A DNA stretch of 63,943 bases, counting the filler, from Dicyema japonicum (lineage: Eukaryota; Animalia; Dicyemida): the NCBI GenBank assembly GCA_011109175.1. It is 7 parts of 7 records of this genome, joined end to end, with 100 filler letters (N's around TTAATTAATTAA, not from the genome) between each part and the next. Parts side by side here need not be neighbours in the genome. Positions count along the whole stretch, not along the records: positions 21,519 to 35,389 come from RDEW01000142.1; positions 35,490 to 44,868 come from RDEW01000028.1; 5 more parts are not named here. The stretch is one strand, 5' to 3'. The position numbers and the translations under genes were made by a program. The notes beneath the pieces were generated by a model, which had not been told where the DNA came from, made no database searches, and worked only from the letters and a program-made list of their open reading frames with translations. Shown in pieces: positions 25,900 to 37,540 of the stretch. Numbering within the stretch: the first letter of the stretch is position 1; every line of letters begins with the position of its first letter.

Positions 25900-28893
25900 T
25901 TTTTTCTTAATTATCGGAATTTAGTTCTGCCACGTGAGTGTTCTGGGCAGATTTATCCTGAAAAGAACTGGAAAAAGAAGAAAATAAAAGAGTCATCGAA
26001 CAAATGAAGTGCACAGAAACTGTCTCCAAGATGGAAGAACACAAAGTGACACACATTATCTCTGTGAGAGCTGGCCTGGTATGCTCTTCGTGCGGTTGTG
26101 GCAATGCACGCAAGTACGGGCTCTTCTGCTCGATCTGCGGGAACTTTTTCCACCTCGGATGTGTAAGGATGTCCCAGCAGGCTGCATCCTCACTCTGTTT
26201 ATGGAACTGCAATGTATGTATGGGCCTTGGTCGGAAGACCCAGGCGAACATACCGAAAGAGCCTGCCGAATCTAACGAGCCGTTGGATTTCGACAATACG
26301 GACTCTCTCTTGATTTTCTTGTCTGAGCAAAGGAAGGCCAAGAAGATTCCACTCAAGATACCGAGACCCGTCCGGATCCCTGCAGCTATATGCCTGGCTT
26401 CCGTTATTGACGATGCACTCATGTCCAACGACCAAGAGGCCTGGCTCAAACTCTTCGATTTCGCCCCGCTTGCACTTGGCATACCTTACACTGAGTCAAA
26501 GGAACTACATCGGAACACTGGACAAAGCGACATACATGGAAACTCCCTTTCCTCAAAAATGAAGAAAAATATCCAGGATTTCCAATCACGATCTCTTAAC
26601 AAAACGGAAGTTTTGAAACCAAAACATCTGGATGCAGATCATACGCTCTCTCGGAGTGGCCCGGATACACTCGGAGAGAGAGTAAACCGTAAACTTCTTG
26701 AAGGCGACGTCCGGGCGGCGTTGCGGGTCGTTTCCAGCGACGATACCGTGCTGGGCGCAACGCCTGAAGTTCTCGAGCAGATCAGACGAAAACATCCATG
26801 TCCGCCTGAAGATTACCGCCGATTCGTGCCCCCGGGAGATATGCCAGAGTCTTCACTCGTCTTTGGGGGCAAGATTATCTATTCGGAAACTGGAGTCCAA
26901 CAATGGGACCCACTTGGTCCATTTCTCTTTGCTTTGGCAATCGATGAAACTGTTCTCTCTATCAGCGCGGAACTGAACCTCTGGTATCTTGATGATGCCA
27001 CGATCGGAGGGCCGTGGAGAAAAGTTTTTGACGCCCTGTCACAAGCCGTGCCTGCGCTACGAAACTCGGACTTGATATAAATACAGTCTAACCTCTTTTT
27101 GGAACGGACCTCGGGGGTGGAACACCTCTGTTTTTGGTACACCCTCGGTTTTGGAACACTTCGAAAATTTGATTAGAAAATTAATAAAATCCTTACAAAA
27201 AATGACCTCGTTTTGGAACACTTATAATTAATTTAATTAAAAATTAAATTTTACAGTTTTTATATTTCATTACGGTTAATTTTTTAAATCGCGTGCTGAT
27301 TTCTGTTCATTTTTTTCCTTTTTATCATTACCTTTTATGAGCTTAAACTACGATGAAAAAATAGAAATTGCTAAACTTCTTTCAAAAAAGGAGCATTCAA
27401 TTCGAAAACTCGCTGGAATGTTTCATACAAGTATCGGAACAATTTCAAGAATCAAAAGAAACATTGTTCCATTCTCAAAAAACGGACAAATTTATTCAAA
27501 TGCAGAGACTTCAGAGTCAGTCAATTGTGATAAGCATAAACTTTTGGATTCGAAGGTGTTGGATGTATTTCAACACCTAAGAAAAACAAAATGTTCCATT
27601 TCCGGACCTTTAATCCAAATATCGGTATTAAAAAATTATGCGCAATTTAAAATTTAAATTTGGTTATGGACAAAAAATCACTGATTATTTTAAACAATGT
27701 TAGTTTTCCGTTAAATTCTAAGGTTTATAATCAGCAAAGTTATAGTTATTTACACAATAATAACAAATTTTTTTATACGATTTTTAGAGCATCCTCTATT
27801 TTTGGAACAACCTCTGTTTTGGAACACTTGGTGTTCCAAACGGGAGGTTAGACTGTATAAAGAAATCGGAGCTAATAAATATCACATATCCGGAGAGTGA
27901 TTTTATCGACGTCGTCAAGTCTTTCAACTCGATATTACCTGGATTACTATCTCACCTCGGGAAAGGCATACTTTCTTGGGTGCCCACTTGGCGAAAAGGA
28001 ACTGCGGTGCCATCTACTGGCAAAAGACAAGGGACTTTTCAGAGTTACGGGGAAGCTCTCCTTACTCAATGCTCATACTGCATTCTTCCTTTTGAAAAAT
28101 AGCATTGGCTTGCCTAAACTCCAATACGCTCTCCGTTGTTCTCCCTGCTTTGACCATCGGGACATCCTACAGTCACTGGACAGGACTTTGAGAAATTCAG
28201 CTGAATCGCTTCTGAACATTCACTTTGACGAGCCTGGTTGGAAACAATGCAAGCTTCCTACACACATCGGAGGCACGGGCCTCAGGTCGGCGCTGGATTC
28301 TGCATTCCCGGCATATCTGTCATCGCTTTCAAGCTGCAGTCATCTCGTCAAGGAAATCCTACGTTACACTACTGGACTTTCCTTGGACACAGTATTTGAC
28401 GAAGCTTGCTTGCAGTGGAAGGAAGCGGGACTCTCGATCCGGATGATGTCTCGAGACAGAAGTGTTGGGACGCAATATCATGCGAGGCCGTCGCTGATGA
28501 CCTGAAGCGGGAGTTGGACCAACACCGGCTTGCCTGTTTGCTATCCGGGGCACAACACGGGAGTGGTGCATGGCTCAACGCTTTTCCATGCAGTTCTTTC
28601 GGTACGCTCATGGACGACGAGTGTGTGAGAATCGGTGTTGCACAACGCTTGGGTCTTGACGTTTGCCAGGAACACAGATACCGGTGTGGAGGAATGGTCG
28701 ATCCCAAAGGACTACACCCTTTGTCCTGCAAGAGGAGTGCAGGTCGCGCTCCCCGCCATGCCGCACTCAACGACATAATACGACGGGCCCTCGAGGGCGC
28801 GGGTTTTCCATCACAACTGGAACCCACCGGGCTGGACCGGGGAGATGGCAGAAGGCCCGATGGAATAACTCTTTTCCCGTACTCCCAGGGAAN
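25900..28893 (+). mobile_element. CRE-clade retrotransposon with N-terminal PHD finger; internal RT deletion, pogo insertion, 3' end cut at N
   Basis: PHD C4HC3 (CSSC...CSIC..FFHLGC...WNCNVC), then RKLLEGDVRAALR, GVQQWDPLGPFLFALAI, WYLDDAT, LPKLQYALRCSP, SGAWLNAFP, CQEH..RCG..VD..GLHPLSC and GDGRRPDG. Confidence 0.9.
27084..27855 (+). mobile_element. pogo/Tigger-type non-autonomous transposon (HTH-only ORF 27337-27657) inserted into the CRE RT
   Basis: TIRs cagtctaacctc...tggaac / gttcca...gaggttagactg with TA on both sides. Removing it restores GLDINIKKSELINI, homologous to GLEVNSHKSEIINI in the 52576-52965 copy. Confidence 0.9.
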
Positions 28894-28894
28894 G

Positions 28895-30040
28895 TGAATA
28901 CAGGAGAAAAGTCCTTAATGAATCCTCGAGTAATACATTTCTTATCTGCTGCTTTGATGAAAGTGTCAGAGAATTATACAGTAGATTCCAGTGAGTTAAA
29001 CCAATAGGCATCGATGTTTAGGAAAAATTGTTCCGTAAGTAGTTGATATTTATCCAATTTGCCATGCCTGTAATTGATAAATGTCTTCTTTTTTATATCC
29101 CGTGATGAGTGTAGTTCAATTTAAATCAAAATTGCGTTGTGATCAGATTTAAGGTCATATAAATTTTTCGAGGAGGTTCTAACAGAGACATATTAACAGC
29201 ACAAGATAAGGTCGGGGAAGTGTTTGGGTTACCAAAACAACTTCAATTTTGTTCATAGTAGTGAGGTTTGCTTTGTATGGCTAGGTCCTCCAGAACAGAA
29301 ATAATTTTGTCTTTTTATTTATCTTTAGATTGGTCAGAGAGCCATAGCGGATTCTTTGCACCGAGATCACCACAAAGAATGGGTTTTTATTGCTAACCGT
29401 CCGGATAGGTTGGGACAATAACCAATTTTACAGCAGGAGGGATGTATCTGTTCACCATGTGTACGGGGAGCCGTTAATATCCATCCTGATTAATGTAAGT
29501 TTAATCTGCATGTCTTGGTTTAAAGGAAACGAGTAGTAGTTGTTGGGTCCGTGAACGGAATCGAGTTTTGAAAAAAAGTGAGGACGCCTCCGCCACCACT
29601 GCCATCAGGTCGATCAGCTTAACGGTCGAGTATTCTCTGATTTTGGAGAGTCAATGAGGGGGGTTCGCCTCGTCGCCTTTACAAGTGCAATGTCAATCTA
29701 ATTTGCGGACATGAGGATGAAAGTTGTCTGATTTCGCGATAAAGATCATTAATGTTCAATTGCAAAGATGGTAAGGAATGTCCATGGTCCTTTGGTCTGG
29801 ATTAAATTCAATGTCGATAGAGACCAGAAGCTAAGAGTAGAAGCGAAGATTTGTGCCCACTCAATAGCCGCCAAGAGCAAGTCAGATGACCAACTTGTTT
29901 ATGGGGAAGAGATTGGGGTATTTTTGTTGCTAAGTAAATAGTAGCATCCAGACATCTCCGTGAAGGTGACCCACAACGACAATCTAAGGCATGGAATAAG
30001 TTCCGTGCAATATGATAAGTATTAAAGCACACAAAATAAA
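28895..30040 (-). mobile_element. LINE ORF1 knuckle plus APE endonuclease region, decayed
   Basis: Minus-strand motifs HIARN...CRCGSPS, GGGVLTF, ILCGDLGAKNPLW, SPDLS and KSDHNAILI. Confidence 0.75.
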
Positions 30041-30239
30041 ATTGATTTTATATCATAACCTGGCAAAAATTAATTTTTTGCAAATACAGTAAAATCTCTC
30101 GAATCCGCTGCTTCTCGAATCGCTTGTTTTAGTCAAAAATTTTGAATTTCCTATGGAAGATTTTCGAATCCGCTGTTTCTTGAATCCGTTCGTCATTAAT
30201 TTGAAAAAAAAATTTATACTTTTGTTAATTAAATTAATT

Positions 30240-31907
30240 TTTTTATGTAACGTAACAATTATAATAACGAAAGGCAGTCAGCTACTGCCGCGAGAGAATT
30301 GAGAAACTGTTCCCCTCAGTACGGCTATGAGACACGCTCAAAAAGCCAACTGAGCTCGCGGGGGTCGTTTTAATTTTCCCGAGATGGCGGCCTCGCTCGG
30401 TAAAGGAAACGTAGCGTTGAAAGTGCCGGAGGTTTCGACGGACACGGTTCGAAGGTGAACCTGTCCAGTAGGGATGAATATTTATTGCTTTTCAGAACCT
30501 CTGCTTTGGTGGCCGCTGTTCCGGCTTCGGTCGCAGACGCGAGGAGACATGATGACGCAAAAGTGTCAGAGCATGTCGCGTCCCAGACGATCGCTTTACT
30601 GCACTTGTACGGAAAAAGCGAGACCCCGTCTGGCCTCTTGCCGTCTCCGAAGTGCACGAGCGGACCGCCTCGTCGATTGCCAGCGAAAAAAGGAGAGGGC
30701 CGAGTGGATCGCCCTGTTGTACACCGGTGGCGGAAATAATGGTAGAGGAGCCAGAAACAAGGAGAGAGGAGAGCCGTAGGTTTGGTGCACAAACCGATAG
30801 ATGGAAGGGCAGCGGAGGAAGCAAGATTCCAGCACAGAGTCACGGCGGACACTGTTAAATGCGTTGGTAATGTCTAGTTTGACTAAGATTCGGGATGTGC
30901 ACTCTCAGTAACAAAACATCTGGCAGCATGCACAGCTGCCTCACAGCCTGAGGGAACCCCAACTCCAAGCTGTAGCGGGAGAAGGCTTTTGCGAGTTCCG
31001 GGGAGACCGACCAGCAGGCGAGCTTTGAAGCCAGGCGGCGGAAAACGTTCCCGACGGCGATAGGGCGGACACCGCCGTCCTTTTTGGAAAAAGGAAGCAG
31101 ATGGGCGGAGAAAATGAGTCCACGAGCGAAAGTGGGAAGGTCTGAGGACAGAAGGTTGTTGACTAGTTCCGTGATCGAAGTAAGGAGCTGCGAGCCTGTT
31201 GGGCCGATCACGGGGAAATGAGGTTGCAAAGGTGGCTTGGGCGGAGGCCCTCAATGCCTGCACTACTGCTGGGCGAAAAAGATTTGAGAGCGCGACGGAT
31301 CGCGTCGTTCGTGAGTTTCGGAGGGGAGGGCGTGGATTCTATGGATGGAAATGACCTGAGGTCTGCAGGTGCGGGAGGGTGTTTGCTCTTCAATGTGTTG
31401 ATCACATTTTTGGTCGATGAGAGTACACCGCCATTGGAAGCCAGAACTCTCATGGCTGCTCTGGTGTCACCCTCGATCAATTTTGACATGATCCGGGCCC
31501 AAGAGAATCCGTATCGGAGCCCGGAGAACCGGCGTTTGAATTATCTTCGGGATTGAAGCGCTTTGCGGCTTCGACATGGGTGGCGAGAATCGAGCTTAGA
31601 AAATCGTCCTTAGCTGAATGTTTCATAAAGTCCGAGATGTTGTTTTTGACGGCTGTGCCGAGAGAGCGGTCTGATTTCACGTGGTCGTGACTGAAACCTA
31701 GTGCCAGAAGAGGAAATAGGAAGATTCGGACCCAAGCGGAATTGGATGATGACGAAAGAATGTCGTTTATTAGGGAGGCCAGAGGACCTTAGGGATTTTT
31801 CCGAGAACGAAGCGGCTGCGGCGAAGCGAGGAAATTGCGAGAAGGACGTCCTCTGTGGAAAATTCGTAGAGGCGTATAGCGTCCGCAGAAGGCTTCCGGG
31901 AGGGACT
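30240..31907 (-). mobile_element. CRE retrotransposon, 5'-truncated and internally deleted, with 9-bp TSD
   Basis: aaattaatt at 30231-30239 and 31908-31916, short A tail. SKLIEGDTRAAMR, SAGIEGLRP, GGVRPIAVG, LQLGVGV, KLDITNAFNSV and GVQQGDPLG are followed by a direct jump to GDGKRPDG. Confidence 0.9.
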
Positions 31908-32569
31908 AAATTAATTATTATTTAAATTACACGCCACATTGTTTTCATGAGATGTGTCGTTGTACTAGACTTTCTATCAACGAAAAAATTTCTATTCTTT
32001 GTTATATTTCTGAAAACCCGTCAATGTCTACTCTACAAATTTCAAGAATTTTTTCTGTCAGATTGAAAAAGACGATTTCTCCGAGAGCGATAAACGATCT
32101 TAAGTCTAAATCCGACCTATTAAACCGGACTGATATAAGAACATTCAACGCTACAAGAATTCCTAAACTCAAGATTAATAAAATTGATGAGAAACTGGTA
32201 GCGTGGATTAACCTAATGGAGTCAAAGGGAGCAATTTTATCTGATTCAATAATCATTTCAAATGCTCTTAAATTTGGAGAAAATGGTGGAGCATTTAAAG
32301 CATGCTGTGGATCGCTAGAAAAGTTTAAGACCCGAAATGGTCTAAAGCTTAGAAAACATCACGGCGATATGGGATCAATTAATCATAATGAAAAATCCAT
32401 TACTGATTTCAACGAATTGATGATCACGAACTTACATTTCTCAAAACAAAAATACAAATATTGATGATCACGAAAATATTATGAAAATACAGTGAATACC
32501 CCCAAATTCGCCATATTTGGTTCCGTCATTCTTTACGGCGAATTTCAGAATATAATCAATAATTTTTAA

Positions 32570-32705
32570 GTAACAATTTACAATTAAAATATCAAAAGGC
32601 AGTCAGCTACTGGCCGCCGAGAGAATTGAGAAACTGTTCCCCTCAGTACGGCTATTGAGACACGCTCAAAAAGCCAACTGAGCTCTCGGGGATCGTTTCC
32701 AATTT
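32570..32705 (-). mobile_element. CRE 3' terminal fragment
   Basis: Closely matches 30270-30375 (aaaggcagtcagctact...ccaactgagctc) and has the same stop-codon context. Confidence 0.85.
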
Positions 32706-32719
32706 TTTGAATGTAATCC

Positions 32720-33045
32720 CAGAAGCATTTTTTTGTGCGAAGTACGAAACAGAACTCGAGAAACTCTAATTCCCCTTATTCAGAATTATGTTCGTACAGG
32801 ATCAGTTGTATGCACCGACCAATGGTCTGCGTACAATGGACTCGAATCGTTCGGTTACTCTGATCACTGACGAGTTAATCACAGTCGGAATTTCGTGGAT
32901 CCGAACAATCGTTCCTAACATACTCAACGAATGGAGTCTTTGTGGTCACATGCTAAAAAAAGTTAAAGAGAATGAATGGGACATCCCGCGAACTTTTCAC
33001 TTCATATTTGTTTGAGTTTGAGTGGAGATGGAGAAATGATACGTA
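32720..33045 (+). mobile_element. Merlin/ISXO2 (IS1595-like) transposase C-terminal fragment
   Basis: RNRTRETLIPLIQNYVRTGSVVCTDQWSAYNGL...VNHSRNFVDP...HTQRMESLWSHAKK..KRMNGTSRELFTSYLFEFEWR. Confidence 0.85.
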
Positions 33046-33646
33046 TTGTTGTGGGGGCGGGGGAGCTTTTAAGAAAATTTAATTGCTATAAACTAACAAT
33101 ATTCCTTTCAATAATTTCATTTTAATTGTTTCTAGTGTTATTTCTTAACCTTTTGTCATTTAAAATATGTTTCTGTTTAAAGAGTTATACAATTCAGGGT
33201 TGACGCAGTATTATCATAATTGGTGAAACGTTAATAATTTATAAAAAATATAACAATAAAAATTAAAATTCAAAATTTAGTAGAAATTGATCATTTTAGA
33301 TTTTAGGGCGCTAAAATGCAAGATCGCCGTTTATTTTCATTTTTATAACGGAAAATTTCAATTTTTTGTTAAATTGTAAGTCGCGTGTAATTTTCATCTT
33401 TATAACGGAAACTACTAAACCGTTTCGCTATGCTTTTTAAAAATGTATTATTTATCAAATTTTTATTTAAAAATGTTAAAAAATTATGGCGAATTTCTAT
33501 TAAAACTAGAATTTTTTTTAAAAAAAAAGTGAATCTAAGAATTGGCGAATTCAAGAATGGCGAATATGGGAGTATTTACTGTATTAGAAAAATCAAATAA
33601 AAAAAGATAAAATTTATTGATTTCTTTGAAAAATAATTTTATTATA

Positions 33647-34905
33647 CAGTAAAGTCTCTCGAATCCGCAAATTATAACTAATAAATTCTCCAATCCGCCA
33701 TTTTCTCTGAGAAAAATTCTCGAATCCGCCAGATTTTTGTTAACGAATCCGCCATGGTTCTCAGTTTTAAATAATTTTTTTAATCAATTTTACAGGTAAA
33801 TAAATAATTTATTAACACGTTTTCATTGTTTATTATTGTTTTCATGAAACGTGACTGTACACGATTAAAAAACAAACAAAAAATTGCCATTTTACAGTTC
33901 ATTGAATCGAATATTGAATTACCTTCCATAAAAATTTCAGAAAATTTTTCCGAAAAATATAATGTACCTATTTCTCGTAGATCTATTGATGATCTGAGAA
34001 ATAAGAGAGGAAATGTGTGAATAACTTACGATCTGAAATTTCTCGTAACTTGGATTAATTCAATGGATGCTAAAGGAGCCATTTTGAACGATGAAATTAT
34101 TACTGAAAAGCCAAAATATTTGCTTCGAAACGAGGATTCAATGATTTTAAAGGAAGCAAGGGGTGGCTGTTAAATTCAAAAAGAGGAATGGTTTGAAGTT
34201 ACGAAATATGCATGGAGAATCTGCAACTTTAAATTTTGATCCTAATGTGGTATCAAATTTTATTGAATTAATCAAAATAAAATCGATCTCTATGGTGTTT
34301 AAAATGTTTATAATGCCGACGAAACTGGCTTATTTTACAAAATGATACCGTCCAAAGTATTCACACATTATGCATGGAACAAGATTGATAGTTCCTTAAT
34401 ATTCAAATGCTTCACACACGCAAAATGGATTCAAAACATTGAAAGTATAAATTATGAAAACCCTGTCATTGAAAATTACGAATATATTCTAGAAAAAATA
34501 AACATAAGTGATTCTTTAGAAGAGAGACTTTATATCGAAATTGACTACAATTAAAATGAAGTTTGATTTGAATGATTCCGAGACAATAGAACAAGAAATT
34601 GATAGTGAAGAACACCTAGAGGAAAGTCAGAAAGGCGTAACTTTTAACGAGGCTTTTCAAACTTTAAATAAATTAAAAGAATTCTATAATCAGGAAGAAT
34701 TATTCAATATCGAAAAACTCTAATGCATTGAAAAGCTTGGAACTTTAATGATCCGAACTCTAAAAAAACAAATCAAAAATTACTGATTTTTTGTTATAAA
34801 TAATTTTTTTGCTTTACATTATTAATAGATGAAAAATCAATAAGTCTCTCGAATCCGCCAGATTTTTCCGATCCCCGAAATTGGCGGATTCGAGAGACTT
34901 TACTG
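33647..34905 (+). mobile_element. pogo element C, DDE domain deleted
   Basis: Perfect 22-bp TIR cagtaaagtctctcgaatccgc with TA TSD. HTH region, GSKGWL.KFKKR..HGES and NADETGLFYKMIPSK are joined directly to AWNKI...KCFTHAKW. Confidence 0.92.
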
Positions 34906-35489
34906 TATTTTTATTTATATAAATGAAATTTTAAGATTGTATAGATTTTAAAGATTGTAACTTTCAATTAGAATTGATTATTTAAAATTTAAATTGTCTC
35001 TCGAATCCGCCGATTTTGGGACCGGTCCTAAAATCCAATATTTACTGTAATGTAATTATTAACATTTACTGTAATTATTAAATTTTACTGTAATTATAAA
35101 TCAAACATTCAGGTGGTTTGAAAATAATATTGCGCTGCTAGAGTGATTTAAAACTGAACCGTACCTGGGAGAAATATAAATGTGGTGCAGGGATAAAGCT
35201 TGAGTCTCGCACGGGACAAAAGCACTATTGTTGGATTTCGACAGGCCGAGAAATCTTAATTATATCGTGGAACCTACACTACTTAAGATAACAGTAGACA
35301 TCACCGGGTCCGACGAACCACAATGTGGACGCAAAGCGTAAACAATGTGCGAATATCCTAATAAGACTGAGGCGTTTCCATCTTAACACNNNNNNNNNNN
35401 NNNNNNNNNNNNNNNNNNNNNNNNNNNNNNNNNTTAATTAATTAANNNNNNNNNNNNNNNNNNNNNNNNNNNNNNNNNNNNNNNNNNNN

Positions 35490-37095
35490 TATAACAAACG
35501 TTCAGATTCAATCTTGGCATACATGTCGACTAAATATTGATTAAACAACATTCCACATCGATGTATAATATTAAAGTTGTTACGTCGTATCATAAATCGA
35601 TAAGCATAATAATCCATACAACTTATTTTCTTTTTGGTTAATAACCCTGTTGTTGGGTTTATTTGTAAATTTTGAAATTGATATCCATCCTCTCCTTCAG
35701 GGAATAGTAATGGATATTGAAGTGGATCATATGCTCGGTTCATTTCGTTTATTCTACTCAATTTTGAACTTTTTGATTCCAATATAATATCTCGAGTATT
35801 GAACTGTTGACCAACAATTAAAATCGCGACTTGATCATTTATTGGAGAATTATATCTTCTCTCGTGTTCGGTTTTTGGTGCTTTATCTGCATGAATTATT
35901 ATTTTAAAATCTTCGCAATTGGATTTTTCGATTGCAGTTTTAAAGGATCTAACATAGCTGTTAGATTGGTGCAACATTATTTGTAATTTTTTGATTATTT
36001 CAGGATTGACGTTATTAATTCCTTTACATCTTTGTGATACTTGTTCATATTCATTTTCAATGAAAAAAATCTGAAGAAATTTTGATTCGGTGTTTTCAAC
36101 AGGAAAAAGAGAACCAATTGAATGATATACTTGCCCTTGCACTTTAAATGTAGGCATGAAACCATCTTTGATAATATTAGTGGATCCAAATGATGTCATT
36201 TGAAAGCAATTATTATACGTACGAATATTTTTTAAGAAATTTGAAGAATCTGAAGTTTCGTAATTCAGTAAAGATTTTAGAGGTTCAATCGGTATGTTCA
36301 AATTAGGAAGATAAATCTTTCCTCCACTGCAACACATTCCCAAAGTTTCTGCTTTATATTTTAAGGCGTCACAATTTTGACATACAGTAGATAACATTCC
36401 AATATCAAAATATGTATGGTTTTGATATTCACATTCATAATCATATTGAAATCCCGCGTTTTTTAAAACAATTATTTTCGTATGTGTGAGTGAATCTTCA
36501 TAATCACTCAAGGAAATATTTATACGTTCCGATAATGTTCTTTTTCTTGCTATTTTTGCTGATTCTCTTGCCTTTTTCAAACGAACACTTTTTTGTAAAG
36601 GGGTTTCTGAGTTTATTGTCTTTTTGGCTGATTCTCTTGCCTTTTCCAAACGAACACTTTTTTCTGAGGTTTAGAATTTCTTGCTTTTTTGCTGAATTTC
36701 TTAACTTTTTCAAACGAAGACTTTTTTGTTCTGAGGTTTCAGAATTTCTTTTGCTTTTTTTGCTGAATTTCTTAACTTTTTCAAACGAAGACTTTTTTGT
36801 TCTGAGGTTTCAGAGTTTCCTTTTTCTGATTCTCTTGCTTTTTCCAAACGAACACTTTTTTGTAATGAGGTTTCTGAGTTTAAACTCCTTTTTGCTGATT
36901 TCCTTAATTTTTCCAAACGAAGACTTTTTTGTTCTGAGGTTTCAGAATTTCTTGCTTTTTTTGCTGAATTTCTTAACTTTTTCAAACGAAGACTTTTTTG
37001 TTCTGAGGTTTCAGAATTTCTTCTAACGAAGACCAAATTGCGTCTCTTTCGTGGTGATACAGAATCAGTATTTATATTGATAATAATATGCTAGA
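35490..37095 (-). mobile_element. Helitron 5' part (N-terminal repeats plus Helitron_like_N Rep region), cut by gap
   Basis: CCSGGKI.LP, NIRTYNNCFQMTSFG, FKVQGQVYH, RRYNSP, YDPLQYPLLFP.GEDG and QYLVDMYAKIESERL. Tandem ETSEQKSLRL repeats; putative A|TC start at 37095. Confidence 0.9.
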
Positions 37096-37139
37096 TTTAA
37101 ATTTACGCTAGATCGTAAACAAACTTAATTAAAAACGCT

Positions 37140-37540
37140 TAAAAGACACCAATTTCCAAAACTTATGAAATTCGACATGTACGATTGTGATATTGGATGT
37201 GATAAGATAAAGCATTTTCCATCTTGTCCGATTTTAAAATCGGTTTCCTTTGCTTATTTAGTCATTTGTAGGTTACATTATCAAACATGAATATATCTGG
37301 AGGACTTGATGTGATCGCTAAGAATTGTCCATCTCTCGTTAGCTTGAGTATTTCAAATTGTCCTATTACCCTGGAAGCTCTTTCTAAACTGGTAATCACT
37401 AATTATATTTTTAGGCTCCATTTAAAGTCTTATTATTTTAAGAGTTCGACATACTTCCTTCCAATGGAGGAGACTACCGTCAAAATATATTTGATATTCT
37501 ACCTCAACTGAGTGTTGTCAATCATAGGGACAGGCGGGGG
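37140..37540 (+). pseudogene. ANP32: ANP32-like (acidic LRR nuclear phosphoprotein), 5' end missing, one in-frame TAA
   Basis: ISGGLDVIAKNCPSLVSLSISN and DYRQNIFDILPQL match ANP32 VSGGLEVLAEKCPNL and DYRENVFKLLPQL. Introns 37243-37271 and 37392-37414. Confidence 0.75.

Larger units (their letters stand above)
32490..33581 (-). mobile_element. pogo element B carrying foreign cargo (CRE 3' end plus Merlin fragment)
   Basis: TIRs cagtgaatacccccaaattcgcc / ggcgaatatgggagtatttactg with TA flanks. A decayed YTRLTI.QKIEIF HTH start lies on the minus strand. Confidence 0.85.
30087..35047 (+). mobile_element. Outer pogo element A hosting nested insertions; transposase N-terminus at 31952-32464, C-terminal scrap at about 33584-33635
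   Basis: TA|cagtaaaatctctcgaatccgc at the left end and a degenerate ...attttactg|TA at the right end with the same tctcgaatccgc subterminal motif. HTH_psq plus CENP-B HTH ORF, and a KIKFIDFF C-terminal motif after element B. Confidence 0.7.

Noticed and set aside
25890-25910. Spliced-leader RNA gene target for CRE, as in trypanosomatids
   Set aside because: CRE flanks here differ from one another (aaattaatt, ttgacaagt) and no repeated SL-like unit is visible.
36500-37036. Leu/Phe-rich plus-strand ORF 36490-37026 resembling a membrane protein
   Set aside because: Antisense shadow of the Lys/Arg-rich Helitron N-terminal repeats.
37415-37445. In-frame TAA in ANP32 as a sign of a reassigned genetic code
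   Set aside because: Other genes (protocadherin, transposase, MRGBP) read cleanly with the standard code and end in ordinary stops; a point mutation or error is simpler.
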